The notes below the pieces were generated by a model, which was not told the DNA's origin, made no database searches, and worked only from the letters and a program-made list of their open reading frames with translations. The position numbers were made by a program, and so were the translations under genes. Below are positions 37,197 through 45,668 of a stretch of 64,000 bases of DNA, piece by piece. This stretch comes from Candidatus Omnitrophota bacterium (GTDB lineage Bacteria; Omnitrophota; Gorgyraeia; Gygaellales; Profunditerraquicolaceae). The stretch lies in assembly GCA_003598025.1 (NCBI GenBank), contig QZKH01000002.1:334501-398500 (forward strand), given 5' to 3'. The stretch's first letter is position 1. Every line of letters begins with the position of its first letter.

Positions 37197-37978
37197 GAAA
37201 CAGGGTACTAATAGTATCATTATTGTTAGTATTATTCTTGTTACCGGGGGCATTAACAGCCGATGATGAATGGAAGGAGTCTAAGAGCCGGCATTTTATA
37301 ATATATTACAAAGCAGCTCCTTATGATTTTATACAGCAGGTTATTTCTGAGGCGGAAGACTATTATGATGATATTGCTTATGACCTGGGTTTTACCAGGT
37401 ATGAATTCTGGCTGTGGGATAACAGGGCCAAGATCTATATATACAATGATGCGAAAGATTATCAGATTAACACCGGGCAGCCTGATTGGTCTTCAGGATG
37501 CGCTTTTGTAAAGGATAAAGTAATCAAAACCTATCCTAACGCAAGGAGCTTTTTTAATTCCGTCCTCCCGCATGAGATGGGGCACATTATTTTTCGCGAA
37601 TTTGTAGGTTTTAATAATCCCGCAATCCCGATCTGGCTTGAAGAAGGGGTAGCCTCTTATCAGGAAAAGGCAAGGTTAAACCAGGCAAAAAGAATAATAA
37701 AACAAGCCATAAAAGATGAGGCATTTATTGAATTAGAGCAACTATCAGGTAAATTCAATCTAGGGATGGCCGGACAGGAAGCGGTAAGTATTTTTTATGC
37801 CGAATCTTTAAGTATAGTAGATTATTTGATCAGGGAATTTGGCAAGGATAATTTCGTTCTTTTTTGCCAGGCGCTGAGGGATAAAAAGAACCTGGATAGG
37901 GCGTTGAGCTCTGCCTATAGGTTTAATAATTCAAAGGAACTATCAATATATTGGAAGAGGTATCTTGGAATTGACTAA
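37193..37978 (+). CDS. Secreted HExxH gluzincin-like (peptidase_MA-like) protein encoded inside the dcw operon
   Basis: Signal peptide 'MRNRVLIVSLLLVLFLLPGALTA'. 'LPHEMGHIIF' is followed 25 residues later by 'WLEEGVASY', the HExxH...EG.A.Y pattern. The gene overlaps murG by 4 nt and murC by 14 nt. Confidence 0.6.
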   Translation: MRNRVLIVSLLLVLFLLPGALTADDEWKESKSRHFIIYYKAAPYDFIQQVISEAEDYYDDIAYDLGFTRYEFWLWDNRAKIYIYNDAKDYQINTGQPDWSSGCAFVKDKVIKTYPNARSFFNSVLPHEMGHIIFREFVGFNNPAIPIWLEEGVASYQEKARLNQAKRIIKQAIKDEAFIELEQLSGKFNLGMAGQEAVSIFYAESLSIVDYLIREFGKDNFVLFCQALRDKKNLDRALSSAYRFNNSKELSIYWKRYLGID

Positions 37979-39338
37979 GCATTATCATTTAATAGGTATA
38001 GGCGGTATCGGAATGAGCGGCATCGCAGCGCTGCTTTCTTGCAAAGGGCTTAAAGTCACCGGCTCTGATCTTAAAGAGAGCAAGACGGTGCATGAGCTAA
38101 GATCCCGGGGCATAAATATAAATATAGGGCATAGCGCCGATAATATCAAAGGCGCGGATGTGGTCATATATTCTTCAGCGATAAAAGAAGACAACCCTGA
38201 ACTGAAGGAAGCAGTAAAAAAAGGGATGTTGATTAAGAGGCGGGCTCAGGCATTAGCAGATCTGATGTGCGACAAAACGATAGTTACGGTTACGGGCAGC
38301 CACGGTAAAACAACTACTTCGTCTTTAGCTTCGTATATGTTATTAAGGGCAGGTCTTAATCCTACCATAGCTGTCGGCGGAGTGCTTAAGAATATAGATG
38401 CCAACGCCTGCTTTGGGTCAGGGGAATTTTTTGTAGCAGAGGCCGATGAATCCGACGGTACATTTTTACACTATAATCCCGATTATTCGATAATAACTAA
38501 CATTGACCGCGAACATCTCGACCATTACAAAAGTTTTTCAAATGCCGTAGATAACTTTGGAAAATTTATTGCTACACTTAAAACGAATGGATGCTTATTT
38601 TACTGGAATAATGACCAGAACCTTGTTAATTTAGCTTTAAAGTTCCCGGGCAGGAAAGTTTCTTTTGGAATCGGGCGGGGAGCCGGCATATTTGCCGATA
38701 ACATAGCTATTAAAGGCCTGTCTTGTCAATTCGACTGTTATTTTGAAGATAAATTTATCACCAGGTTTTTCCTTAATCTCGGAGGTAAGCATAACATACT
38801 AAATGCTTTGCCCGTTATTGCGTTAGGCTTGATACTGGGTATTGATATTAAAATTATAAAAGATACGCTCTCTAATTATTTAGGAGCCGCAAGGCGGCTG
38901 GAGGTGAAATTCCAAAATAGTGAATTCAGGGTCATCGATGATTATGCCCATCATCCAACAGAGATAATGGCAACTTTAGAGGCCTTGAAATTCCTTGAGC
39001 CCGGCAGGATTGTAGCAGTGTTTCAGCCCCATAGGTACAGCCGCACACAATTGTTATTGAAGGAATTTTCAAATTGTTTTACTTCCGCGGATTATATAAT
39101 TATTACCGATATTTATGCAGCCAGCGAGCAGCCTATCCCGGGGATAGACAGTCTGCTTCTTGCAAATAAAGTAAAGGAAAACTCCGGCAACAAAACAGTG
39201 ATACACCTTAGCAAAGACCAGATAATCGGTCACCTGCTTAAAATTAAGAAGCCTAAAGATATCTTTGTTATGCTGGGTGCCGGTGATATAACCAGGATTA
39301 GTGATGAATTGGCAGAAAGATTTAAAATGCAAAGCTAA
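37965..39338 (+). CDS. murC: UDP-N-acetylmuramate--L-alanine ligase
   Basis: 'GIGGIGMSGIA' and 'VTGSHGKTTTSSL'. Confidence 0.9.
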   Translation: MELTKHYHLIGIGGIGMSGIAALLSCKGLKVTGSDLKESKTVHELRSRGININIGHSADNIKGADVVIYSSAIKEDNPELKEAVKKGMLIKRRAQALADLMCDKTIVTVTGSHGKTTTSSLASYMLLRAGLNPTIAVGGVLKNIDANACFGSGEFFVAEADESDGTFLHYNPDYSIITNIDREHLDHYKSFSNAVDNFGKFIATLKTNGCLFYWNNDQNLVNLALKFPGRKVSFGIGRGAGIFADNIAIKGLSCQFDCYFEDKFITRFFLNLGGKHNILNALPVIALGLILGIDIKIIKDTLSNYLGAARRLEVKFQNSEFRVIDDYAHHPTEIMATLEALKFLEPGRIVAVFQPHRYSRTQLLLKEFSNCFTSADYIIITDIYAASEQPIPGIDSLLLANKVKENSGNKTVIHLSKDQIIGHLLKIKKPKDIFVMLGAGDITRISDELAERFKMQS

Positions 39339-40185
39339 GCAGAGAGAACCGCTCAGCAAACACACAACTATAAAGATCGGCGGTAATGCCAGGTTCTTCT
39401 TTGAGCCTTGCGGCCTGGATGATTTAAAATCATTGATAAAAGCATTAAAAAGATATAAGATACCAATTCTGATATTAGGGGCAGGGAGCAATATACTTGC
39501 GCCGGATTCCGGGGTAGATGCAGCCGTCATCAAACTCAGCTCCGGGTATTTTCGTAATGCCAGCTTAGACGGCAATTGTATAAACGTAGCTGCAGGTATG
39601 CCCTTAAGCCGCATGATTAATTTTGCTTATCTTAATTCATTGTCCGGGATTGAATTTTTATCCGGCATACCCGGGACATTGGGCGGCGCCTTGGCCATGA
39701 ATGCCGGCACAAAAGATAGAGATATCTCAGAAACGGTTGTTTCTGTTACTGTTTTAGATTATAATAATAAAATTAGAGTGCTTAAGAAGAAAGAGATTGC
39801 TTTCGGTTACAGAAAAAGCAGCCTTTCAAAATATATAATCCTCGGCGCAAGAATAAGGCTTAAGAAATCCAGGAAAGGCCTTATAAAAAACAATATTGCC
39901 GGATACTTAACTATACGCAGGAAAAGCCAGGATTATTCCAAGCCTTCCGCAGGGTGTATTTTTAAGAATCCCCCTGGATTATCGGCGGGTAAGTTAATCG
40001 ATATGTGCGGATTAAAAGGGGTAAATATTGGGGATGCCTTTGTTTCAAGTGTGCATGCCAATTTTATCCTTAATGCAGGGGCTGCTACATTTAAAGATGT
40101 AACCGCATTGATCAATCTGGTAAAAAAAGAGGTAAACAGAAGATTTAAAGTCCGGCTTGAACCAGAAGTAAAAATACTAAAATGA
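39301..40185 (+). CDS. murB: UDP-N-acetylenolpyruvoylglucosamine reductase
   Basis: FAD-binding 'ILGAGSNIL' and a C-terminal MurB domain. Position between murC and ddl. Confidence 0.88.
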   Translation: MMNWQKDLKCKAKQREPLSKHTTIKIGGNARFFFEPCGLDDLKSLIKALKRYKIPILILGAGSNILAPDSGVDAAVIKLSSGYFRNASLDGNCINVAAGMPLSRMINFAYLNSLSGIEFLSGIPGTLGGALAMNAGTKDRDISETVVSVTVLDYNNKIRVLKKKEIAFGYRKSSLSKYIILGARIRLKKSRKGLIKNNIAGYLTIRRKSQDYSKPSAGCIFKNPPGLSAGKLIDMCGLKGVNIGDAFVSSVHANFILNAGAATFKDVTALINLVKKEVNRRFKVRLEPEVKILK

Positions 40186-41150
40186 TAAAGGACAAAGCGA
40201 ATTTTGGGCGCATCGGGGTATTGATGGGAGGGCCTTCATCCGAAAGAGAAGTGTCCCTTAAATCAGGCAAGGCTGTTTTTAACAGTCTGTTAGAGTCAGG
40301 CGTAGATGCAGTTGCGATCGATATTAGCACCGATGACCCGCAAATAAATACCAGATTAATAAATTCTTATAACATCGATTGTGCTTTTATAGCATTGCAT
40401 GGTTTTTTCGGGGAAGACGGCCGGATCCAGGCGATTTTAGACAGAATGAATATACCTTTTACCGGCTCAGGGGAGCTTGCCAGCAAATTGGCTATAGATA
40501 AAGCAGCTTCCAGGGTAATCCTTAAAGTTAACGGTATTAATGTTCCTGATTGTAAAGTCCTGGGGAGGTTATCCTATAGTCCCGCTTGGAGCAGGCAGAT
40601 CAGATTGTCTTTCCCGCTGGTAGTTAAGCCGGCTTCAAACGGCTCAAGTATCGGCCTAACGATAGTTGATGCTCAGGATGGCTTAAATAAAGCCATTGAG
40701 TTAGCATTCGGCTATGATGAAAAAATATTAATCGAAGATTATATTAAGGGCAGGGAGCTTACGGTAGGGGTGCTGGGAGAACAGGCTTTGCCGGTTATCG
40801 AGATAGTCCCCAAAAACAGGTATTTTGATTTTCAGGCAAAATACACCCCCGGGATGACCGAGTATATAGTACCTGCCAGGATCAATGATAACATCGCAGA
40901 GCAACTTAAATCTACAGCTTTGAAAGTACATAAACTTTTAGGATGTTCGGGATGCTCTAGGGTTGATATGATTTTAGGTTTAGATAATTCCATCTATGTA
41001 TTGGAACTCAATTCTATACCTGGTTTTACCCCTACAAGCCTTCTGCCGAAAGCTGCTAGAGCTGCGGGCATAGATTTTAAGGAGCTATGCCTTAGCTTAA
41101 TAAATATGGCTTATGAGAAAAAACAGGCGGAACTCACAGCGCGCGGATAA
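40182..41150 (+). CDS. ddl: D-alanine--D-alanine ligase
   Basis: 'IALHGFFGEDGRIQ' and the ATP-grasp motif 'ELNSIPGFT'. Confidence 0.9.
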   Translation: MIKDKANFGRIGVLMGGPSSEREVSLKSGKAVFNSLLESGVDAVAIDISTDDPQINTRLINSYNIDCAFIALHGFFGEDGRIQAILDRMNIPFTGSGELASKLAIDKAASRVILKVNGINVPDCKVLGRLSYSPAWSRQIRLSFPLVVKPASNGSSIGLTIVDAQDGLNKAIELAFGYDEKILIEDYIKGRELTVGVLGEQALPVIEIVPKNRYFDFQAKYTPGMTEYIVPARINDNIAEQLKSTALKVHKLLGCSGCSRVDMILGLDNSIYVLELNSIPGFTPTSLLPKAARAAGIDFKELCLSLINMAYEKKQAELTARG

Positions 41151-41889
41151 CAAACGTGGCCTAGCTAAGCCCAGGCTTTTGGCTATTGGCATAATATGTA
41201 TACTGGCATTTATATTAATCGGTTATATTTTTAATGCCTCGAAAAACCTGGGCTGTTTTAACGTAAAAGATATACTCATGTTTGAAGGAGACAGCTCGCA
41301 GTTTTCTTATCTTAAAGGCAGGAATATTTTTAAGATTGATTTAGATGCAGAGGCTGATTATATTTCCAGGCTTTATCCTGATTTCAAGAAAGTCAGGATC
41401 GTAAGGGTGCTGCCGGATAGGCTTTTCGTCGACCTTGTCGAGCGTCTACCTTTGGCAAGAGTAAGTTTATATAAGGAATTTTTCGTTGACGGAGACGGCG
41501 TCTTATTTAACGTCAACCCTGATAAGGCAGCCTTAGAGTTGCCGAAGATCTCAGGATTGGAGACAAAAATATTTGGCGCTAAATCCGGAAAGAAATATAA
41601 TGTTGACAGCCTTCTTGGGGCAATTAAGCTGATTAAAGACATTAAAGCAAACAGGGTATTAAGGAAACATAAAATAAATGAAATCAACGTAGGCAGGTCC
41701 GATCAGATAACTATAATCATGGATGATTATCTGGAAGTGAAATTAGATAGCGATACTTCCAGGAACAAAATAGATATTTTAGCTGGTTGGCTCTCCCAGA
41801 TTAAGCCGGGTAAGCAGGCAATCGAATATGTGGACTTAAGATTCAGGGACCCGGTAGTAAAATACAAAGACGATGCTAAACAGAAATAA
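41113..41889 (+). CDS. ftsQ: Cell division protein FtsQ/DivIB (POTRA-containing)
   Basis: N-terminal TM segment 'LLAIGIICILAFILIGYIF', then POTRA and beta domains. Position between ddl and ftsA. Confidence 0.75.
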   Translation: MRKNRRNSQRADNKRGLAKPRLLAIGIICILAFILIGYIFNASKNLGCFNVKDILMFEGDSSQFSYLKGRNIFKIDLDAEADYISRLYPDFKKVRIVRVLPDRLFVDLVERLPLARVSLYKEFFVDGDGVLFNVNPDKAALELPKISGLETKIFGAKSGKKYNVDSLLGAIKLIKDIKANRVLRKHKINEINVGRSDQITIIMDDYLEVKLDSDTSRNKIDILAGWLSQIKPGKQAIEYVDLRFRDPVVKYKDDAKQK

Positions 41890-43135
41890 CGGCCATTATA
41901 TTTGCGCGCTGGATATAGGCTCTACCAAGATTTCCGGAGCAGTTGCCGAAATCAGGTCCAAGAGCATAATTAATATAACCTGCGATACCGTTTTATCTTC
42001 AAGTTTAAAGAATGGCGTCATAGTGAATTCCATGGATTTAGTTAATGAGACCGGTTTAATACTGAAAAAATTAAAAGCTAAATCCGGGCTAAAAATCAGG
42101 GAAGTTTATGTAAATATCTCCGGTGAAGACATAATCGTAAAGAACAGCCATGCTATTATTCCGCTTGCCGAAAGAGGAAATAAGATCGTTACAAAAAGAG
42201 ATATCTCAAGGGTCATTGAGCAGGCGCGTATCCTTGGTTCAAGCTTAGAAGAAGAGATAATACATCAAATCCCCACTAATTATTCCATAGATTCCATGCA
42301 TAAAGTAGAGAATCCCATAGATCTCTATAGCCATAAACTTGAGGCAGAATTGTACCTTATATGCGTTAAACTAGTAAGCGTGCAGAATTTACTTAGAGTG
42401 GTAAGCCAGGCAGGCTACGAAGTCAAGGATGTGTATTTTAGCGGCCTAGCTACAGGGAAGGCGATGCTGGGTAAGGATTATATAGGAAAGAAGACGCTCG
42501 TATGTGATATCGGAGGCGACTTTACAGAGATGTCATTCTTCTACGGAGATGCAATAAGAGATATAGATATATTATACGAAGGCGGAAATAGCCTTACTTC
42601 AAGATTGTGTGATGAGCTTAAAATACCTTTTGAGCTGGCTGAAGATGTAAAAAGATCATACGGAATAATCGGAGATAACGCTGTTAATGAAGATAAAGAG
42701 ATACTTATCAAGAAAGATAATATATATAAGCCCATAAAGCAGAAGTTTGTTTCAGAGATAATTACTTCACAGGTAAATATCTTATGCCAGGATATAAAGA
42801 GAGCGATTGAGAAAAAGACCGCTTTATCCGGGCTTGACTATTTATTTTTATGCGGCAGGACTGTACTTTTAGAAGGTTTCCTGGAAGCGCTGGAGCATGC
42901 TTTAGGTTGTCCGGTTAAACTCGCCAGGTTTTATGATAGGCATATCTTTGATCTGTTGAAGAAGAACCCGGATTTTTCCGGGCATAAATACATAACCTAC
43001 GTTACTGCACTGGGTATGATCTCTCAGGCAATACATTCCAAGAGACATCAGGAGAAAGATCAGCTCAGTTCCTCTAAAAATCCGCTTTTTGACCTGCTTA
43101 ACAGGGTATCAGAAGTATACCAGGAATACTTTTAA
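41873..43135 (+). CDS. ftsA: Cell division protein FtsA (actin-like ATPase)
   Basis: 'ICALDIGSTKISGAV' and 'VCDIGGDFTE'. The C-terminal amphipathic helix is 'LFDLLNRVSEVYQEYF'. Confidence 0.88.
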   Translation: MLNRNNGHYICALDIGSTKISGAVAEIRSKSIINITCDTVLSSSLKNGVIVNSMDLVNETGLILKKLKAKSGLKIREVYVNISGEDIIVKNSHAIIPLAERGNKIVTKRDISRVIEQARILGSSLEEEIIHQIPTNYSIDSMHKVENPIDLYSHKLEAELYLICVKLVSVQNLLRVVSQAGYEVKDVYFSGLATGKAMLGKDYIGKKTLVCDIGGDFTEMSFFYGDAIRDIDILYEGGNSLTSRLCDELKIPFELAEDVKRSYGIIGDNAVNEDKEILIKKDNIYKPIKQKFVSEIITSQVNILCQDIKRAIEKKTALSGLDYLFLCGRTVLLEGFLEALEHALGCPVKLARFYDRHIFDLLKKNPDFSGHKYITYVTALGMISQAIHSKRHQEKDQLSSSKNPLFDLLNRVSEVYQEYF

Positions 43136-43190
43136 TTGACCGCTTGTTTTAATAGTGTATAATAATTAGCTTAAGCAGCCATCCTTAACA

Positions 43191-43886
43191 ATGATTGCAG
43201 ATAATATTCGTCGGATTAGTTCGGGCATAGCATCGGCTTGTGCGCGGGTAAAAAGATCCGCGCAGGAAGTCCGTCTTGTCGCGGTTGCTAAATCTAGAAC
43301 CGCAGAAGAGCTTAAAGAGGTTGTAGAAGCAGGGATATTTGATATAGGTGAAAACAGGCTCCAGGAAGCTTTAAAGAGGCGTAGCGAGCTATCAGCTGTT
43401 AGCCATCAGCTATCAGCTGTTAAATGGCACATGATCGGCCATCTTCAGACGAATAAAGTTAAAGAGGCAGTGAAGATATTTAGTCTGATACATTCTGTTG
43501 ATAGCTTACGTCTGGCAGAAGAGATTGATAAAGAAGCTTCCAAAATCAATAAAATCCAGGATATTTTAATCCAGGTTAATACATCTGGAGAGGCTTCTAA
43601 ATTTGGCTTAAAACCTGAAGATTCGGCTAGGGTTACGGAACAAATCGGCAAATTAAAGAATTTGAGAGTTTGCGGTCTGATGACCATTGCGCCTATTACC
43701 GATAGCCCGGAAAAGTCCCGTCCGTTTTTTCGCCAACTGAGAGAATTGAAAGACAGGATTAATGAGCTGGGAACGGTGAACTATGAACTACGAACCTTAT
43801 CTATGGGTATGAGCGATGATTTTGAAGTGGCAATAGAAGAAGGCTCAACGATGGTCCGCATTGGAAGAAGGATATTTGGTAATTAA
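43191..43886 (+). CDS. yggS: YggS-family pyridoxal-phosphate homeostasis protein (PLPHP)
   Basis: 'LVAVAKSRT' with the PLP-binding lysine, 'WHMIGHLQTNKVK', and the C-terminal 'LSMGMSDDFEVAIEEGSTMVRIG'. Confidence 0.88.
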   Translation: MIADNIRRISSGIASACARVKRSAQEVRLVAVAKSRTAEELKEVVEAGIFDIGENRLQEALKRRSELSAVSHQLSAVKWHMIGHLQTNKVKEAVKIFSLIHSVDSLRLAEEIDKEASKINKIQDILIQVNTSGEASKFGLKPEDSARVTEQIGKLKNLRVCGLMTIAPITDSPEKSRPFFRQLRELKDRINELGTVNYELRTLSMGMSDDFEVAIEEGSTMVRIGRRIFGN

Positions 43887-43926
43887 GGATATGTCGTCAC
43901 AAAGTCACAAAGACACAAGGTCACAA

Positions 43927-44766
43927 GTGAAAAGAAAAAAGATAGGTATTGTCGGTTATGGGAATATGGGATCTGCAATCGCTGAAAACATAAAGTCTGC
44001 GTACGAAGTTTTTGTTTTCGATAAAGATAGCAGCAAGTTGCAGCAGGCACAAGGAATCTCATTCTCTAAAGATATCCGGGATTTAATTAATTCAGTAGAT
44101 ATTGTTGTTCTCGCGGTAAAACCTCAGGATTTTGATCCGGTACTTAAGGAAATCAAGGGTTTAACAGAAGGCAAAATATTTGTTACTATTGCAGCCGGGG
44201 TAACGGCCAATTATATAGAAAAGCAATTAGGCAAAATTAAGGTTGTGCGTGCCATGCCTAATCTGGGGGTAATTACTGGAAAGTCTATGACATGTATTTG
44301 CAAGGGTAAATTTGCAGGTAAAGAAGATTTCGACCTGGCAAAAGAATTATTTATGCATGTCGGCAAAGTCCGGGAAGTGGATGAGAGCAAAATGAACGCA
44401 GTGACAGCCGTATCCGGAAGCGGCCCAGGCTATTATTTTAATGAAATCGTCAAAAGGCCGGATGATTATGCAAGAGACAAGAATAAATTTATTAAAGAGT
44501 TTGAAACTTCTTTAGCTGAAGCGGCAAGAGAAATTGGCCTTGATGAAGAGATGTCTTTGCTTTTGGCCAGAGAGACAGTAATTCTTAGCGATGTTACGTT
44601 TGAAATTGTAAAGAAGATTGATAATTCCGGTGCTGAGCAGCTTCGTGATAAAGTAACTTCCAAAGGCGGGACTACTGAAGCAGGGTTAAAGGTAATTAAT
44701 TCAGGCGGAAGTCTGGCTGATGCGGTAAAAGCTGCCTTAAAAAGAGCTGAAGAATTATCCAAGTGA
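43927..44766 (+). CDS. proC: Pyrroline-5-carboxylate reductase
   Basis: 'KIGIVGYGNMGSAIA', 'AVSGSGPGYYF' and 'VTSKGGTTEAGL'. The start is probably GTG at 43927, where an AAGG RBS sits 9 nt upstream. The track ORF begins at 43861, inside yggS. Confidence 0.85.
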   Translation: MKRKKIGIVGYGNMGSAIAENIKSAYEVFVFDKDSSKLQQAQGISFSKDIRDLINSVDIVVLAVKPQDFDPVLKEIKGLTEGKIFVTIAAGVTANYIEKQLGKIKVVRAMPNLGVITGKSMTCICKGKFAGKEDFDLAKELFMHVGKVREVDESKMNAVTAVSGSGPGYYFNEIVKRPDDYARDKNKFIKEFETSLAEAAREIGLDEEMSLLLARETVILSDVTFEIVKKIDNSGAEQLRDKVTSKGGTTEAGLKVINSGGSLADAVKAALKRAEELSK

Positions 44767-44807
44767 ATTGACAGCTCTATACGCAATACTAAAAAGGGGT
44801 TCAAGAA

Positions 44808-45668
44808 ATGGGAAAAATAGGAATTATAGGCGGTAGCGGATTATATAAGATAGAAGGCTTAAGGGATATAAAAGAAGTTGCAATGGAGACGCCTTTTGGT
44901 AATCCATCAGATAAATTTATTGAAGGTATACTTGAAGGTAAGAATGTCGTATTCCTGCCGCGTCACGGTATCGGGCATCGCATAAACCCAAGCCGGATAA
45001 ATTATCGTGCCAATATTTATGGCATGAAAAAATTAGGGGTAGACAGAATAATATCTGTTACTGCATGCGGAAGCTTGAAGGAAGAATTAAAGCCGTTGGA
45101 TTTCGTAGTCCCGGATCAATTCGTAGACCGCACCAATCAGGCAAGGCGGATAACCTTCTTTGAAGATGGGATAGTGGCGCACATAGTGTTTGCGCATCCG
45201 GTTTGCGATGATCTGGCGGATGTTGTTTATAAAGCGACTAAAGATCAAGGTTGCATTGTGCATAAAGGCGGAACTTATATTAATATGGAAGGGCCGGCTT
45301 TTTCTACTTTGGCAGAATCGAATTTATATAGGTCATGGGGTATGGATATAATTGGTATGACTAATATGGCAGAAGCAAGGCTAGCCAGGGAGGCAGAGAT
45401 TTGCTATTCGACGCTTGCGGCTGTGACCGATTACGACTGTTGGCATCCTAGCCATGAAAGTGTTACCGTTGAAATGGTGATGGATAATCTCAATAAAAAC
45501 ATTAACAATGCCAAAAAAGCGATAGCTGCAATAATAAAACGTATCCCTGAATCCAGGGCTTGTGCCTGTAAAGATGCGCTTAAATACGCTATAGTAACTG
45601 ATAGAAAATGTATATCTAAAGAGATAAAGGATAAACTTGGAGTAATAATCGAAAAATATGTCAAATAA
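44808..45668 (+). CDS. mtnP: S-methyl-5'-thioadenosine phosphorylase / purine nucleoside phosphorylase family
   Basis: '[10 protein letters not shown]', 'FLPRHG', '[26 protein letters not shown]' and '[18 protein letters not shown]'. Confidence 0.85.
   Translation: MGKIGIIGGSGLYKIEGLRDIKEVAMETPFGNPSDKFIEGILEGKNVVFLPRHGIGHRINPSRINYRANIYGMKKLGVDRIISVTACGSLKEELKPLDFVVPDQFVDRTNQARRITFFEDGIVAHIVFAHPVCDDLADVVYKATKDQGCIVHKGGTYINMEGPAFSTLAESNLYRSWGMDIIGMTNMAEARLAREAEICYSTLAAVTDYDCWHPSHESVTVEMVMDNLNKNINNAKKAIAAIIKRIPESRACACKDALKYAIVTDRKCISKEIKDKLGVIIEKYVK

Noticed and set aside
43786-43802. 17-mer 'AACTATGAACTACGAAC' shared between the yggS coding region and the intergenic TGAAC array at 60394-60410
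   Set aside because: In yggS it encodes the conserved C-terminal context '...VNYELRTLSMGMSDD'. The expected number of chance 17-mer matches in an AT-rich 64-kb window on both strands is roughly 0.2-0.5, so this is plausibly coincidence and not a mobile repeat inside a gene.
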